Assembly: GCA_965227775.1 (NCBI GenBank)
Contig: OZ245777.1
Location: 2,208,001 to 2,272,000 of the forward strand
From: Phycisphaerales bacterium
GTDB lineage: Bacteria; Planctomycetota; Phycisphaerae; Phycisphaerales; UBA1924
DNA: 64,000 nucleotides
Direction of reading: 5' to 3'
Shown: positions 49,533 through 58,911 of the stretch, in pieces
Position numbering within the stretch: position 1 is the stretch's first letter
How the letters are laid out: each line of letters begins with the position of its first letter
The notes under the pieces: model-generated
The model's input: only the letters and a program-made list of their open reading frames with translations
The model's database searches: none
What the model was told of the DNA's origin: nothing
Translations under genes and position numbers: made by a program

Positions 49533-50420
49533 ATGGCCGATAAATCCTCGCCCAAGTCTGGTACGAAGTCTTCCCGCACGCCCAAGCGCACGGCGCGACG
49601 TCGTCCTGGGCGTCAGCCAAAGCTGACCGCTGCGACCGCCGACCGCCACCAGCTCTACACCGATGCCGTCCAGAATGTCGAGAGCGAGATCGACTTCGTC
49701 GACGAGACATACCAGTCGCTCCGTAAGCGCGAGGCGGTGCGCCTCCGCGAGGACTTCTGCGGCACGGCGCAGACGAGTGCTGAGTGGGTCCGCCGGCGGT
49801 CGACGAACATTGCGGTTGGCCTCGACCTCGACGAGCCAACGCTGCAGTGGGGGCGCGACAACGTTCTCTGCAAGCTTACCGACGAGCAGCGGGAGCGCCT
49901 GACGCTCAGGAAGCGTGACGTGCGCGACCCTGGTAAGCGTGGTCGCGACATGGACATCATCCTCGCGATGAACTTCAGCTACAACGCCCTCATGCAGCGT
50001 GCAGACTTGCTCGCCTACCTCAAGGCGGCGTGCAGGAGCCTGGCCCCGGGCGGGCTCTTCATCATGGATTGCTACGGCGGCTACGAGAGCCTGATGGAGC
50101 AAGAAGAGCGCCGGGCGTGTCGCGGCTTCACGTACGTGTGGGAGCAGGTCAAGTACAACCCCATCGACGCGACGCTCGATACGGCCATCCACTTCGAGTT
50201 CAAGGACGGCACGGAGATGCGCAACGCTTTCACGTACCACTGGCGCTTGTGGACGCTGTCGGAACTCCGCGACATCCTGGCCGAGGCGGGCTTTGCCAGG
50301 ACCACGGTGTATTGGGAAGGTGACGACGGCAAGGGCGGCGGCGATGGCAACTTCAAGCCCGCTACTGAGGGCGACGCCGACGCGTCATGGATCGCGTACA
50401 TCGTCAGCGAGGGCGACTGA
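49533..50420 (+). CDS. Class I SAM-dependent methyltransferase
   Basis: LREDFCGTA, GLDLD, AMNFSY, LAPGGLFIMD. Confidence 0.85.
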   Translation: MADKSSPKSGTKSSRTPKRTARRRPGRQPKLTAATADRHQLYTDAVQNVESEIDFVDETYQSLRKREAVRLREDFCGTAQTSAEWVRRRSTNIAVGLDLDEPTLQWGRDNVLCKLTDEQRERLTLRKRDVRDPGKRGRDMDIILAMNFSYNALMQRADLLAYLKAACRSLAPGGLFIMDCYGGYESLMEQEERRACRGFTYVWEQVKYNPIDATLDTAIHFEFKDGTEMRNAFTYHWRLWTLSELRDILAEAGFARTTVYWEGDDGKGGGDGNFKPATEGDADASWIAYIVSEGD

Positions 50421-50428
50421 ATTCCCGC

Positions 50429-51160
50429 TTAGCAGCCCGCCGCAAACTCATTCTGGAACGCCAAAAAATCGAAGATCGTGAGTGCCCCGTCGCCGTCGAA
50501 GTCGGCGGCCAGGTCGCCCGCGTCGAACGCGTTCTGGAACGCCAAAAAGTCAAAGATCGTGAGCGAGCCATCTCCGTCGAAGTCGGCCCGGCATGGCTGC
50601 CCTACGCCGACGTAGAGATCGTCCAGCCCCCATCCCATCGGGTTGTCGACGGTAATCGTGACACGGGCGATGTCGGTGTCGGTGACGACGCCGAAGAAGT
50701 CCAGCGTTTCGAAGTCCTCATCGGAATCGACCGACTCGATCTCTGTGCCGGAAGCATCAAATGCCCGCAGCGTGGCACCATTTGGGAACGAGCCGAAGCG
50801 GACGTTGTGCGCGCCCACGGCTCGTATTCCAGCCTGCGTCACGTTGACTTCGAACACGATGTCCTGCCCGACCCTCGTGTCGCTGTCCCACGTCCTGGGC
50901 GGTGAGATGGTGACCAGGATGGTGTCCGTAATGAAGTTCCCAGGTGGGAACTCGAGCCCATACTCGTTGTAGATCGAGCCAAGCTCCCCGACGACGGTGG
51001 GTGATCCGTCCGGCAACGTATCGAAGTTCACTAGTTGAATGTCGCCGCCCGCTGCGAGGAACGAAGGCAGATCGTTGAACGGCGTGGCGAACGCCAACGA
51101 AGAACCCGACGCGAACAGCGAAGCCGCTGCGATTGACCTCAGCATGTCGAACCCCCTCAT
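50429..51160 (-). CDS. Secreted protein with GC-type dockerin-like domain
   Basis: Signal peptide, beta-rich domain, CRADFDGDGSLTIFDFLAFQ...FAAGC; alternative start 51145. Confidence 0.85.
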   Translation of the reverse strand: MRGFDMLRSIAAASLFASGSSLAFATPFNDLPSFLAAGGDIQLVNFDTLPDGSPTVVGELGSIYNEYGLEFPPGNFITDTILVTISPPRTWDSDTRVGQDIVFEVNVTQAGIRAVGAHNVRFGSFPNGATLRAFDASGTEIESVDSDEDFETLDFFGVVTDTDIARVTITVDNPMGWGLDDLYVGVGQPCRADFDGDGSLTIFDFLAFQNAFDAGDLAADFDGDGALTIFDFLAFQNEFAAGC

Positions 51161-51206
51161 CGCGTCGGTCGTGCGTCACCCACGTGGGCCGCGCGCCGGC
51201 GAAGTC

Positions 51207-52709
51207 TTAGCACCCGGCGTCGAACTCATTCTGGAACGCCAGGAAGTCGAACAGCGTCAGCTCGCCATCGCCATCGAAGTCTGCAGCGAGGTCCCCTGCG
51301 TCGAACAGGTTCTGGAAGGCCAGGAAGTCGAAGATCGTGAGCTCGCCATCACCATCCATGTCTGCACGGCACGGCGAAGCGCCGCCTGCGGCAAGGACAG
51401 CCTCGAACGCATCGATACGGCCGTAGCCAAAGGTTGGATCGAATCCGGGCGCGCCGAGGTCGACCGAGGTCGCTTCGAAGATTGCTCGGACTTGATCGGA
51501 CGAGATCGAGCGGTTGACGCTGCGCATGAGCCCGACCGTGCCTGCGACATGCGGTGTCGCCATCGACGTGCCACTCTGGAACGCGTAGCCGTCCGTCGGC
51601 CCAAACAGCGCCAGCGTGTCCCACGCGCTCCATACATCGACGCCCGGAGCCGTGACGGTCATCTCGGGGCCGGTCGTTGTGAAGCTGGCGATCTGGTCGC
51701 GGTTGTCGGTAGCGCCAACGGCGATGGTCGAGTCGAACCGGGCGGGCGCGAAGATCGGCACGCCTGGCGTGTTGCCCGTCGCCGCCACGATGATGACGCC
51801 CTGATCGAGGGCGTAGTTGCAGGCGTTCTCGAGGACACTGCCGAAGTCGGGCGAACCCAGGCTCATCGAGATCACGTCTGCACCGTTGTCGGCGGCCCAC
51901 ACGACGCCGGCCGCGATGTCGGGCTCGGTGCCCGTTCCCAAGAAGCCCAGCACCTTGACGGGCAGGATGGAGCAGTCCCAGCCCACGCCGGCGACTCCCA
52001 GCGCGTTGTCCGTATCACCGCTCGCGATACCAGCGCAGTGCGTGCCATGGCTGATGAAGATGTCGTCGTCCCAGCTCCCGCCCAGGGAGCTGTAGCCGGG
52101 GAGCACGTTGTCCTGCAGGTCGGGGTGGCTCTGGCTTACGCCCGTGTCGACGATCGCGATCACCACGTCCGGATCACCAGTTGTGACGACCCACGCTTCG
52201 GTGGCGTTGATGTCGGCGCCGGGCGTGCCCACGACGCCGTTGATCGTTTGCCCGGTGTTGAGCAGACCGTACTGGATGCCGAAGTCCGGGTCGTTGGGCG
52301 TCGTCGCAAGGACGCCGCCGATGCCGATGAGTTCGGCGCGTTCGACGCCCTGGGTAGCACCCAGATCGATGATGGCCTGCCGGGCGTCGACTCCCGCGGC
52401 GAGTGTCGCGACGTAGAGCCGCGTCAGGCCGTGTTGCTCGGCGAGTGCCGGGTTTGCCGGAGCCTGATCGAACGCCGCTGAGAGTGCCACGACGCCGGGG
52501 AGGCCGGCAGCGTCACCCGCGCTACCCGCTGCCAACCGCAGCAGGACGGCATCGCTCTTGTACCCGCCCATGACGTCGGTCTGGTCCACCCGGCCGGTGA
52601 ACGGCGCGAAGCCTTCGGGCCACGCCAACGCATCTTCCGCGAAAGTGGGGGTGGCTGCAAGCACACCAAGGGCGATCAGGGCCGATCCGCGCACCATTGG
52701 GTTAAGCAT
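51207..52709 (-). CDS. S8 subtilisin-like serine protease with GC-type dockerin-like domain
   Basis: Triad IVDTG, HGTHCAG, SGTSMATP; C-term CRADMDGDG...DAGC; AGGAG RBS. Confidence 0.93.
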   Translation of the reverse strand: MLNPMVRGSALIALGVLAATPTFAEDALAWPEGFAPFTGRVDQTDVMGGYKSDAVLLRLAAGSAGDAAGLPGVVALSAAFDQAPANPALAEQHGLTRLYVATLAAGVDARQAIIDLGATQGVERAELIGIGGVLATTPNDPDFGIQYGLLNTGQTINGVVGTPGADINATEAWVVTTGDPDVVIAIVDTGVSQSHPDLQDNVLPGYSSLGGSWDDDIFISHGTHCAGIASGDTDNALGVAGVGWDCSILPVKVLGFLGTGTEPDIAAGVVWAADNGADVISMSLGSPDFGSVLENACNYALDQGVIIVAATGNTPGVPIFAPARFDSTIAVGATDNRDQIASFTTTGPEMTVTAPGVDVWSAWDTLALFGPTDGYAFQSGTSMATPHVAGTVGLMRSVNRSISSDQVRAIFEATSVDLGAPGFDPTFGYGRIDAFEAVLAAGGASPCRADMDGDGELTIFDFLAFQNLFDAGDLAADFDGDGELTLFDFLAFQNEFDAGC

Positions 52710-52751
52710 CGTCGAGTCTCCTGTTCCAGCGAGCGGGACAAGCGAGGGGCC

Positions 52752-52804
52752 AAGAAAGACGCCGCGAGCGAGCCCACCTCCCCGCGGGCCCGCCTCGCGG
52801 CATC
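52752..52804 (-). terminator. Terminator-like hairpin in the leader of the S8 gene
   Basis: Minus strand GATGCCGCGAGGCGGGCCC-loop-GGGCTCGCTCGCGGCGTC followed by TTTCTT. Confidence 0.45.
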
Positions 52805-52938
52805 CAATTACGAGTACGCTCGCCCCTTGTGGGGGCGTTACAGTCGCCGGTTCGGGCGTATCGCGGTCGGCGATGCACTCGTTTCCGGACCAGCCACAAT
52901 CCAACCTCTAAAGACGCCTCCAGGAGGATGCCTGCCTC

Positions 52939-53940
52939 ATGCCCAACGCCACGCCCCTCCGGGAATTCATGGAACGCCACTACCGCCACTACAACGCCGG
53001 TGTGGTTGTCAAGGCAGCACAGGCATACGAGCAGACGTTGGCCGCGGGCTCGCCCATGTTCATGACGTTGGCGGGTGCCATGAGCACAGCCCAACTCGGC
53101 CGCTCGCTGGCCGAGATGATCCGCCAGGACAAGGTGCATGCCATTAGCTGCACGGGCGCGAACCTCGAGGAAGACGTCTTCAACCTCGTCGCCCATGATC
53201 ACTACAAGCCCATTCACGATTGGCGGGCGCTGTCCGAGGCCGATGAGGTCGCACTCGACGAGGGCGGCTTCCCGCGAGTCACCGACATCTGTATTCCCGA
53301 AGAGGAGGCGATGCAGAAGATCGAGGGGCACATGCTGAAGCGATGGAAGGCCGCGAGCGACAATGGCGATCGCGCACTGCCCCATGTCTACCTGTACGAC
53401 CTGCTGCGAAGCGGGGATCTGCAGCACGAGTACCAGATCGATCCGAAGGACAGCTGGATGCTTGCGGCGGCCGAGAAGGACCTGCCGCTGTTCGTGCCGG
53501 GCTGGGAGGACAGTACCCTGGGCAACATGTTCGTTGCGAACGCTGCACGAGGGGGGTATTCGCTTGATGCGGTGCTCGGTGGCACGAGCTACATGGCATC
53601 GCTCATCGAGTGGTATGAGAAGACGGTAATCGGCCAGCAGCGAGGCCCGGGCTTCTTCCAGATTGGCGGTGGCATCGCGGGCGACTTCCCGATCTGCGTC
53701 GTCCCGACGATCAACCACGACCTGTATCGCGCCGACGCCGACGCCGGCAAGCGTGTGCCGAGGTGGAGCTACTTCTGCCAGGTGTCCGACGCAACGACGA
53801 GTTACGGCGGATATAGCGGGGCCGTGCCAAACGAAAAGATCACATGGGGCAAGCTCGGCGCAGGTGAACCGAAATTCATGATCGAGAGCGATGCGACGAT
53901 CGTTGCGCCGCTGATCTTCGGCTGGGTGCTGGGCTGGTAG
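52939..53940 (+). CDS. Deoxyhypusine synthase family protein
   Basis: LAGAMSTA, TGANLEED, IGGG, GGYSGA, EKITWGK with catalytic Lys, DATIVAPL. Confidence 0.92.
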   Translation: MPNATPLREFMERHYRHYNAGVVVKAAQAYEQTLAAGSPMFMTLAGAMSTAQLGRSLAEMIRQDKVHAISCTGANLEEDVFNLVAHDHYKPIHDWRALSEADEVALDEGGFPRVTDICIPEEEAMQKIEGHMLKRWKAASDNGDRALPHVYLYDLLRSGDLQHEYQIDPKDSWMLAAAEKDLPLFVPGWEDSTLGNMFVANAARGGYSLDAVLGGTSYMASLIEWYEKTVIGQQRGPGFFQIGGGIAGDFPICVVPTINHDLYRADADAGKRVPRWSYFCQVSDATTSYGGYSGAVPNEKITWGKLGAGEPKFMIESDATIVAPLIFGWVLGW

Positions 53941-53993
53941 CGACGATTGGGAGACGTTGGGAATACAGTTCGGCCTACGCACGGAGAGCTTGC

Positions 53994-54683
53994 ATGCGGA
54001 TCCTCGTCGTCGAAGACAACCCCAAGATGGCGCTGGCCGTCCAGAAGGGCCTCACCGAGCACGGGTTCGCCGCCGACGTATCCAACACGGGCTACGAAGG
54101 CGAAGAAATGGCAAGCGGGGGGAATTATGACCTCGTCTTGCTCGACCTGATGCTGCCCGATCGCGATGGTATCGAAGTGTGTCGCAACCTTCGACGCCGG
54201 AAGATCGCGACGCCCATCATCATGCTCACTGCGCTCTCGGCGATCGAAGAGAAGATCGACGGGCTCGACGCGGGCGCCGACGACTACATCACCAAGCCCT
54301 TCCAGTTCGAGGAGTTGCTCGCCCGCATCCGGGCGATCCTGCGTCGCGGCGAAGCCAGCGAGAGCCGCGTGCTGCGTTGCGAAGACCTCGAGCTCGACCT
54401 CTACACCCGCCACGCGACTCGGGGCGACACGAAGGTCGAGCTTTCCAACAAGGAATTCGCCCTGCTCGAGTTCCTGATGCGCAACCAGAACCGTGTGCTT
54501 AGTCGCATCCAGATCGGCGAAAAGGTCTGGGACATGAACTTCGAACCGACGAGCAACGTCATCGACGTGTATGTCTCGGCACTCCGGCGAAAGCTCGACC
54601 GCGGCTATGAGGTTCAGCTCATCCACACGATCAAGGGCGCCGGCTACCGCTTCGGCGTCATCGATGCCCGCACGGGCGTCTGA
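53994..54683 (+). CDS. OmpR-family response regulator
   Basis: LVVEDN, LLDLMLP, GADDYITKPF, winged helix SNVIDVYV...TIKGAGY. Confidence 0.95.
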   Translation: MRILVVEDNPKMALAVQKGLTEHGFAADVSNTGYEGEEMASGGNYDLVLLDLMLPDRDGIEVCRNLRRRKIATPIIMLTALSAIEEKIDGLDAGADDYITKPFQFEELLARIRAILRRGEASESRVLRCEDLELDLYTRHATRGDTKVELSNKEFALLEFLMRNQNRVLSRIQIGEKVWDMNFEPTSNVIDVYVSALRRKLDRGYEVQLIHTIKGAGYRFGVIDARTGV

Positions 54684-56142
54684 GCACGAGGTTTCCGACG
54701 GACCCGTCCAGCGGGGATGGCGGGCCCGCGCTCCCCTGCGCCTTCGCATCACGCTCTGGGTGGTTGCAATCTCGGCTGCCGTGCAGCTTGTCCTCTCGCT
54801 GCTCATTGTTCTGTACCACAGGGAAAACATGCGGGCCACCAATCAGGCTGGCTTGGTTGAGGCTGCGAGAAGCCTGGTTGCGCAATCCCCGGCCGATGAA
54901 GAGGGTGGCCTCGGCGACTTGGCCGCGGATCAGATCCAGCTTCGCAGGTTCGGCCGGGTTGCGGCAATTGACAGCAGTGGTACGAACAACGCCCGCATCA
55001 TCGGTCCGTTCGACTCGGAAGCGTTCGACGAGCTCCGCGAAGCGACGTATGGCGGAGAGTTCGGCGTTCCGGGGCGGCGTAGCGCCGGCCAGGCCAGGGG
55101 CTTCTACTACGCCGCCGAGCCGTACGGAGAGACCGAACGACTGATCCTGGCAACGCCGACGGACGAAGCAAACTTGCCGTTGCGCACGATCACGAGCGCG
55201 ATTCTGTTGCTGCTGCCCGCGGGCCTGGCGGCGTCGGGCGTTTCCGCATGGTATATCTCGGGTCTTGCCGTTCGACCCATCCGGCGGATGCAGCACTTCG
55301 CCGAAGAACTGTCCGCAGAAAACGTGCAGCACTCCATCGAACTCGAGGACAGCACGCCCGAACTCGATGCCCTGCGCGACGAGCTTGCGTTGGCCATGCG
55401 ACGGATCTCGGATGGTTACGACGCCCAGGCGAGGTTCCTTGCCAACGTCTCGCATGAGATCAAGACGCCCATCAGCGTGGTTCGCACCGAGGGCGAGGTG
55501 CTGATGGCCGGTCGCCCTTCGCGCGACGAACTTGCCGACTTTGCCCGCACGACCGTCGAAGAGATGGAGCGGCTGGGCCGGATGGTTGAGAGCTTCCTAT
55601 TACTCACACGCGTTCGCCAGGGTAAGGGCACCGTGCAGGCAAAGGGGTACGACGCCAACGACGTCCTGATGGACACCGTCTCGGGATGCATTGGCATGGC
55701 GAGGCAGTATGGAGTGCGGCTCGATCCGGTGCTCTACGACGGAGAAGACTCTCCGCAGATCGAGGGCAACGCCGATTTGCTGAACACCGCGCTGGGCAAC
55801 CTGATCCGCAACGCCATCCGCTTCTCGCCGCGCGACTCTGTGGTGCGTATCACCTGCGCGGTGAGAAACCGCCGCGTTGTCTTCCGCGTGCGAGACTACG
55901 GTCCCGGCGTGCCCGAAGAGGTCATGGAGCACCTCTTCGAGCCATTCACGCAGAGCGCCGACGAACGCCGGCGTGGTCGGGGCACTGGGCTCGGCCTGCA
56001 GATCTCGCACGGTATCGCCGAGTTACACAACGGCGAGGTCCGTGTGCGCAACCTCAGCCAGGGCTGTGAGTTCTCGATCCATCTCCAACGGAAGCGTGAC
56101 GCCGCGGCTCCCGTCGTGCAACATGAAGGCACGTTCACCTGA
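54664..56142 (+). CDS. Sensor histidine kinase (2 TM, HAMP, HisKA, HATPase)
   Basis: SHEIKTP, NLIRNAIRF, DYGPG, GTGLGL; start uncertain. Confidence 0.92.
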   Translation: MPARASEHEVSDGPVQRGWRARAPLRLRITLWVVAISAAVQLVLSLLIVLYHRENMRATNQAGLVEAARSLVAQSPADEEGGLGDLAADQIQLRRFGRVAAIDSSGTNNARIIGPFDSEAFDELREATYGGEFGVPGRRSAGQARGFYYAAEPYGETERLILATPTDEANLPLRTITSAILLLLPAGLAASGVSAWYISGLAVRPIRRMQHFAEELSAENVQHSIELEDSTPELDALRDELALAMRRISDGYDAQARFLANVSHEIKTPISVVRTEGEVLMAGRPSRDELADFARTTVEEMERLGRMVESFLLLTRVRQGKGTVQAKGYDANDVLMDTVSGCIGMARQYGVRLDPVLYDGEDSPQIEGNADLLNTALGNLIRNAIRFSPRDSVVRITCAVRNRRVVFRVRDYGPGVPEEVMEHLFEPFTQSADERRRGRGTGLGLQISHGIAELHNGEVRVRNLSQGCEFSIHLQRKRDAAAPVVQHEGTFT

Positions 56143-56519
56143 TGTTCAGCGGGCAAGTATCTGGCGCGCCGAACATCGAAGTGCGTTCCGCAGACGCTGC
56201 ATTCTGGAATTTGCACCCGTGTGCCTCTGGCTTGGCCGCCGGACGCTCTACGCCGATGCGAAGCCAGATCCCTTTGTCCTAACCACGCTCTTCTCCACAC
56301 TCCCGTTGCTGCTACTGGTTCTGTTGGTCTTTGAGTTTGGTAAGCGATCGAAGGCAGCACTGTATCAAGATGTTCAGAGGTTGAACAAGGCTGTAGATCG
56401 GTGCCCTTAAGACAGTGGTAAGAGATCAGCTGTGGCTCCCAGTGGTGCGTCGCGGGAGGCATAGAGTTTGGTTCCAGGCCAGCTACCAACGTTACTCAAC
56501 GAAAGAACAGGAGACACTC

Positions 56520-56693
56520 GTGATCATCATCAAGATCGTTCTGGCAATTCTCTTACCTCCTGTGGCGGCATTGCTGCAAGTTGGCCTTGGCCTGCACTTC
56601 TGGCTCAACATCTTGCTGACCATCCTGGGTTGGCTTCCAGGCCAGATCCACGCGATCTGGCTCATCGTTTCGAAGCATCAGCCGAGCGCATGA
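56520..56693 (+). CDS. YqaE/Pmp3 family small membrane protein
   Basis: ILLPPVA...FWLNILLTILGWLPGQIHAIW; AGGAG RBS and GTG start. Confidence 0.9.
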   Translation: MIIIKIVLAILLPPVAALLQVGLGLHFWLNILLTILGWLPGQIHAIWLIVSKHQPSA

Positions 56694-56921
56694 TGTTCCG
56701 CTTGGCTTGAAAGGACGTGTTCCGCGAGTGCGCTACGTGGTACGGGTGAGTCTACCCCGCCAGCGACTAGCAGTACTGAAGATCAGGGACGAGGCGAACG
56801 TGCGTTCGCATCTCAGTCCGAGCCGGACCAGCCGCCGCTGGTTGCCGATGAGCGTGCAAGGCGGATCTCCGAGATCTCGCCGGACGGAATCCCGGCGGAT
56901 CCCGATACAGACCATTGGACG

Positions 56922-57098
56922 TTGAGCAGATTGATGGTCGGAGCGGTCGTACTGCTGTTGACGGTCGCGCTCGGGCTGGCGGTGTTTGCCGACCGATGGA
57001 TCGGGCTGAGTGTGGGTGTCCTGGGCCTGTTCCTGCTGGTTGTGAATCCCACCCTGTGGGCGGCGATCCTGCGCGTCAAGGAACGGCAACAAGTCTGA
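56922..57098 (+). CDS. Small two-TM hypothetical protein (below the ORF track cutoff)
   Basis: LSRLMVGAVVLLLTVALGLAVFADRWIGLSVGVLGLFLLVVNPTLWAAILRVKERQQV; true start uncertain. Confidence 0.5.
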   Translation: MSRLMVGAVVLLLTVALGLAVFADRWIGLSVGVLGLFLLVVNPTLWAAILRVKERQQV

Positions 57099-57104
57099 GC
57101 CGGC

Positions 57105-57455
57105 TTAACCTGCGGTGCTTCCGTCGAGTGTTGGCTTTGTCCAATCCCAGTCCGGGTCCTTCTCGAGGCGGGTCGAGCTCTGGCGGATGCACCGGCGACA
57201 GATCACAGCGGCATCTCCACTTTCGCGAACCGCGATTGGGCTCTGCCAGCCCGGGTCTTGGCGTTCCTCGAGGCACATCGTGCAGGTCGCGCCTTCGGGT
57301 TTTGTGTCGTTTCCGAGCAAGACGACCTCGGTGAACGCAATCCGAAGCGCATCGCCGCAAATCAGGCTGCCCTGATGTCCTTCGACCATGGGGAACTTGC
57401 CGTCCCATGTGCGGCCCGTGAAGTCGCAGACGAAGTCGGTGGGCTGCATGTCCAT
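57105..57455 (-). CDS. Small zinc-finger protein (ClpX C4-like)
   Basis: CDFTG...GSLIC and CTMC...ICRRC. Confidence 0.7.
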   Translation of the reverse strand: MDMQPTDFVCDFTGRTWDGKFPMVEGHQGSLICGDALRIAFTEVVLLGNDTKPEGATCTMCLEERQDPGWQSPIAVRESGDAAVICRRCIRQSSTRLEKDPDWDWTKPTLDGSTAG

Positions 57456-57513
57456 CGGATTGGCGCCGGGGCGGTGCATCGGACATCATACGAACGCGGA
57501 CATACCATCCGCC

Positions 57514-58410
57514 ATGCCCGACCCCGCGGCCCCGCCGACTGTCACCCGAGTCTCGCTCGTCGTCAACGCGGGTAAGCCCGAAGCTATCGATGCCGCAAAG
57601 TCCGTGCGGCGTGCGATCGAGTGGCACGCTCATCTCGTGGGCGAGTTCGACTCAACCGACGAACACGCAGCCCTGGGCGAAGGGGTCGACTTGGCCATCG
57701 TGCTGGGTGGCGACGGCACGATCTTGGGCCTTGCCCGCAGCGCGGTCGAGGCGGGCGTCGCCGTCCTTGGCATCAACTTCGGAAAACTCGGCTTCCTTGC
57801 CGAGTTCGATGCCGACGCCTTCGCCAAGCACGCCGCGGAGCTGTTGGCAGGCCGCGGACAGATCCGCAAGGTTGCGGCACTCGAAGCTCGCGTGCTCCGC
57901 AAGGGTAACGAGATCGCGCGTCAGGTGGCCATCAACGACGTCGCGATCTGCAACGGTGCGCCGTTCCGCATGATCGAACTGGGCTTGTGCATCGATGGTG
58001 CCCCGGCCGACAGCGCTCCGCGCGTCGCGGGCGATGGTCTGATCATCGCCACGCCTACCGGCAGCACCGCGTACAACGCCGCGGCGGGGGGCCCGATCCT
58101 TGAACCCACGCTGGAGGCCATGGTCGTCACGCCGATTGCTGCCCACTCGCTGAGTTTTCGGCCGATCGTGGTTCCCGGCAAAAGCAGCATCGAGGTGGTT
58201 GCCCATCGCGTGAACCCAGCGACGGGGCACGGCGCGTCGGCGGGCACGTGCGCCGTGATCGACGGACAGCTGTCGGTGCCGCTGGAGTCCGGAGATGTGG
58301 TTCGCGTGACAGTGAGCGAGCGGCCGCTGAGCTTGGTGGTCAATCCAGATCGCAGCTACTGGCAAACGCTCATCCACAAGCTGCGCTGGGCAAGCGCACC
58401 GGGCGGCTGA
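57514..58410 (+). CDS. nadK: NAD(+) kinase
   Basis: LGGDGTIL, GINFGKLGFL, AIND, GDGLIIATPTGSTAYN. Confidence 0.95.
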   Translation: MPDPAAPPTVTRVSLVVNAGKPEAIDAAKSVRRAIEWHAHLVGEFDSTDEHAALGEGVDLAIVLGGDGTILGLARSAVEAGVAVLGINFGKLGFLAEFDADAFAKHAAELLAGRGQIRKVAALEARVLRKGNEIARQVAINDVAICNGAPFRMIELGLCIDGAPADSAPRVAGDGLIIATPTGSTAYNAAAGGPILEPTLEAMVVTPIAAHSLSFRPIVVPGKSSIEVVAHRVNPATGHGASAGTCAVIDGQLSVPLESGDVVRVTVSERPLSLVVNPDRSYWQTLIHKLRWASAPGG

Positions 58411-58419
58411 GTTTTCGCG

Positions 58420-58911
58420 TTAAGCCGAGACCGACTCGTTGTTGACGCTTGAGGGACTCTCACCACGCTCGATGGCGTGGATCTTCGCGACGCGACGGGC
58501 ATGGCGACCGCCCTCGAACTCGGCATTCATCCACGCCTCGACCATGCGCTCGATGAGCCGCTGGCCAAGCATGTCGGCGGACAGGCAGAGCACGTTGGCG
58601 TCGTTATGGCTCTTGGCCATGGTCGCGGTAAACTCGTCGTGCACGAGGGCCGCACGCACACCCGGAACCTTGTTGGCGGCGATGCACATGCCGATTCCCG
58701 AGCCGCAGAGCAGCACGCCCTTGTCCGCGTCGCCGCTGGCGACCAGTCCGCCCACCTGGTGGGCCCGATCTGGGTAATCGCACGATTGGGGGTTGTCCGC
58801 AGGGCCGCCGCCATTCTGCAACGCCACCTCGTGCCCCATGTTCTCCAGGGCTCGCGCCAGGCTGCGGGCGGCCTCATGGCCACGATGGTCGGCTCCGATG
58901 GCGATCTTCAT
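58420..58911 (-). CDS. rpiB: Ribose-5-phosphate isomerase B
   Basis: GADHRG, DYPD, CGSGIG, ANKVPGVRA, HNDAN, GGRHARR. Confidence 0.95.
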   Translation of the reverse strand: MKIAIGADHRGHEAARSLARALENMGHEVALQNGGGPADNPQSCDYPDRAHQVGGLVASGDADKGVLLCGSGIGMCIAANKVPGVRAALVHDEFTATMAKSHNDANVLCLSADMLGQRLIERMVEAWMNAEFEGGRHARRVAKIHAIERGESPSSVNNESVSA

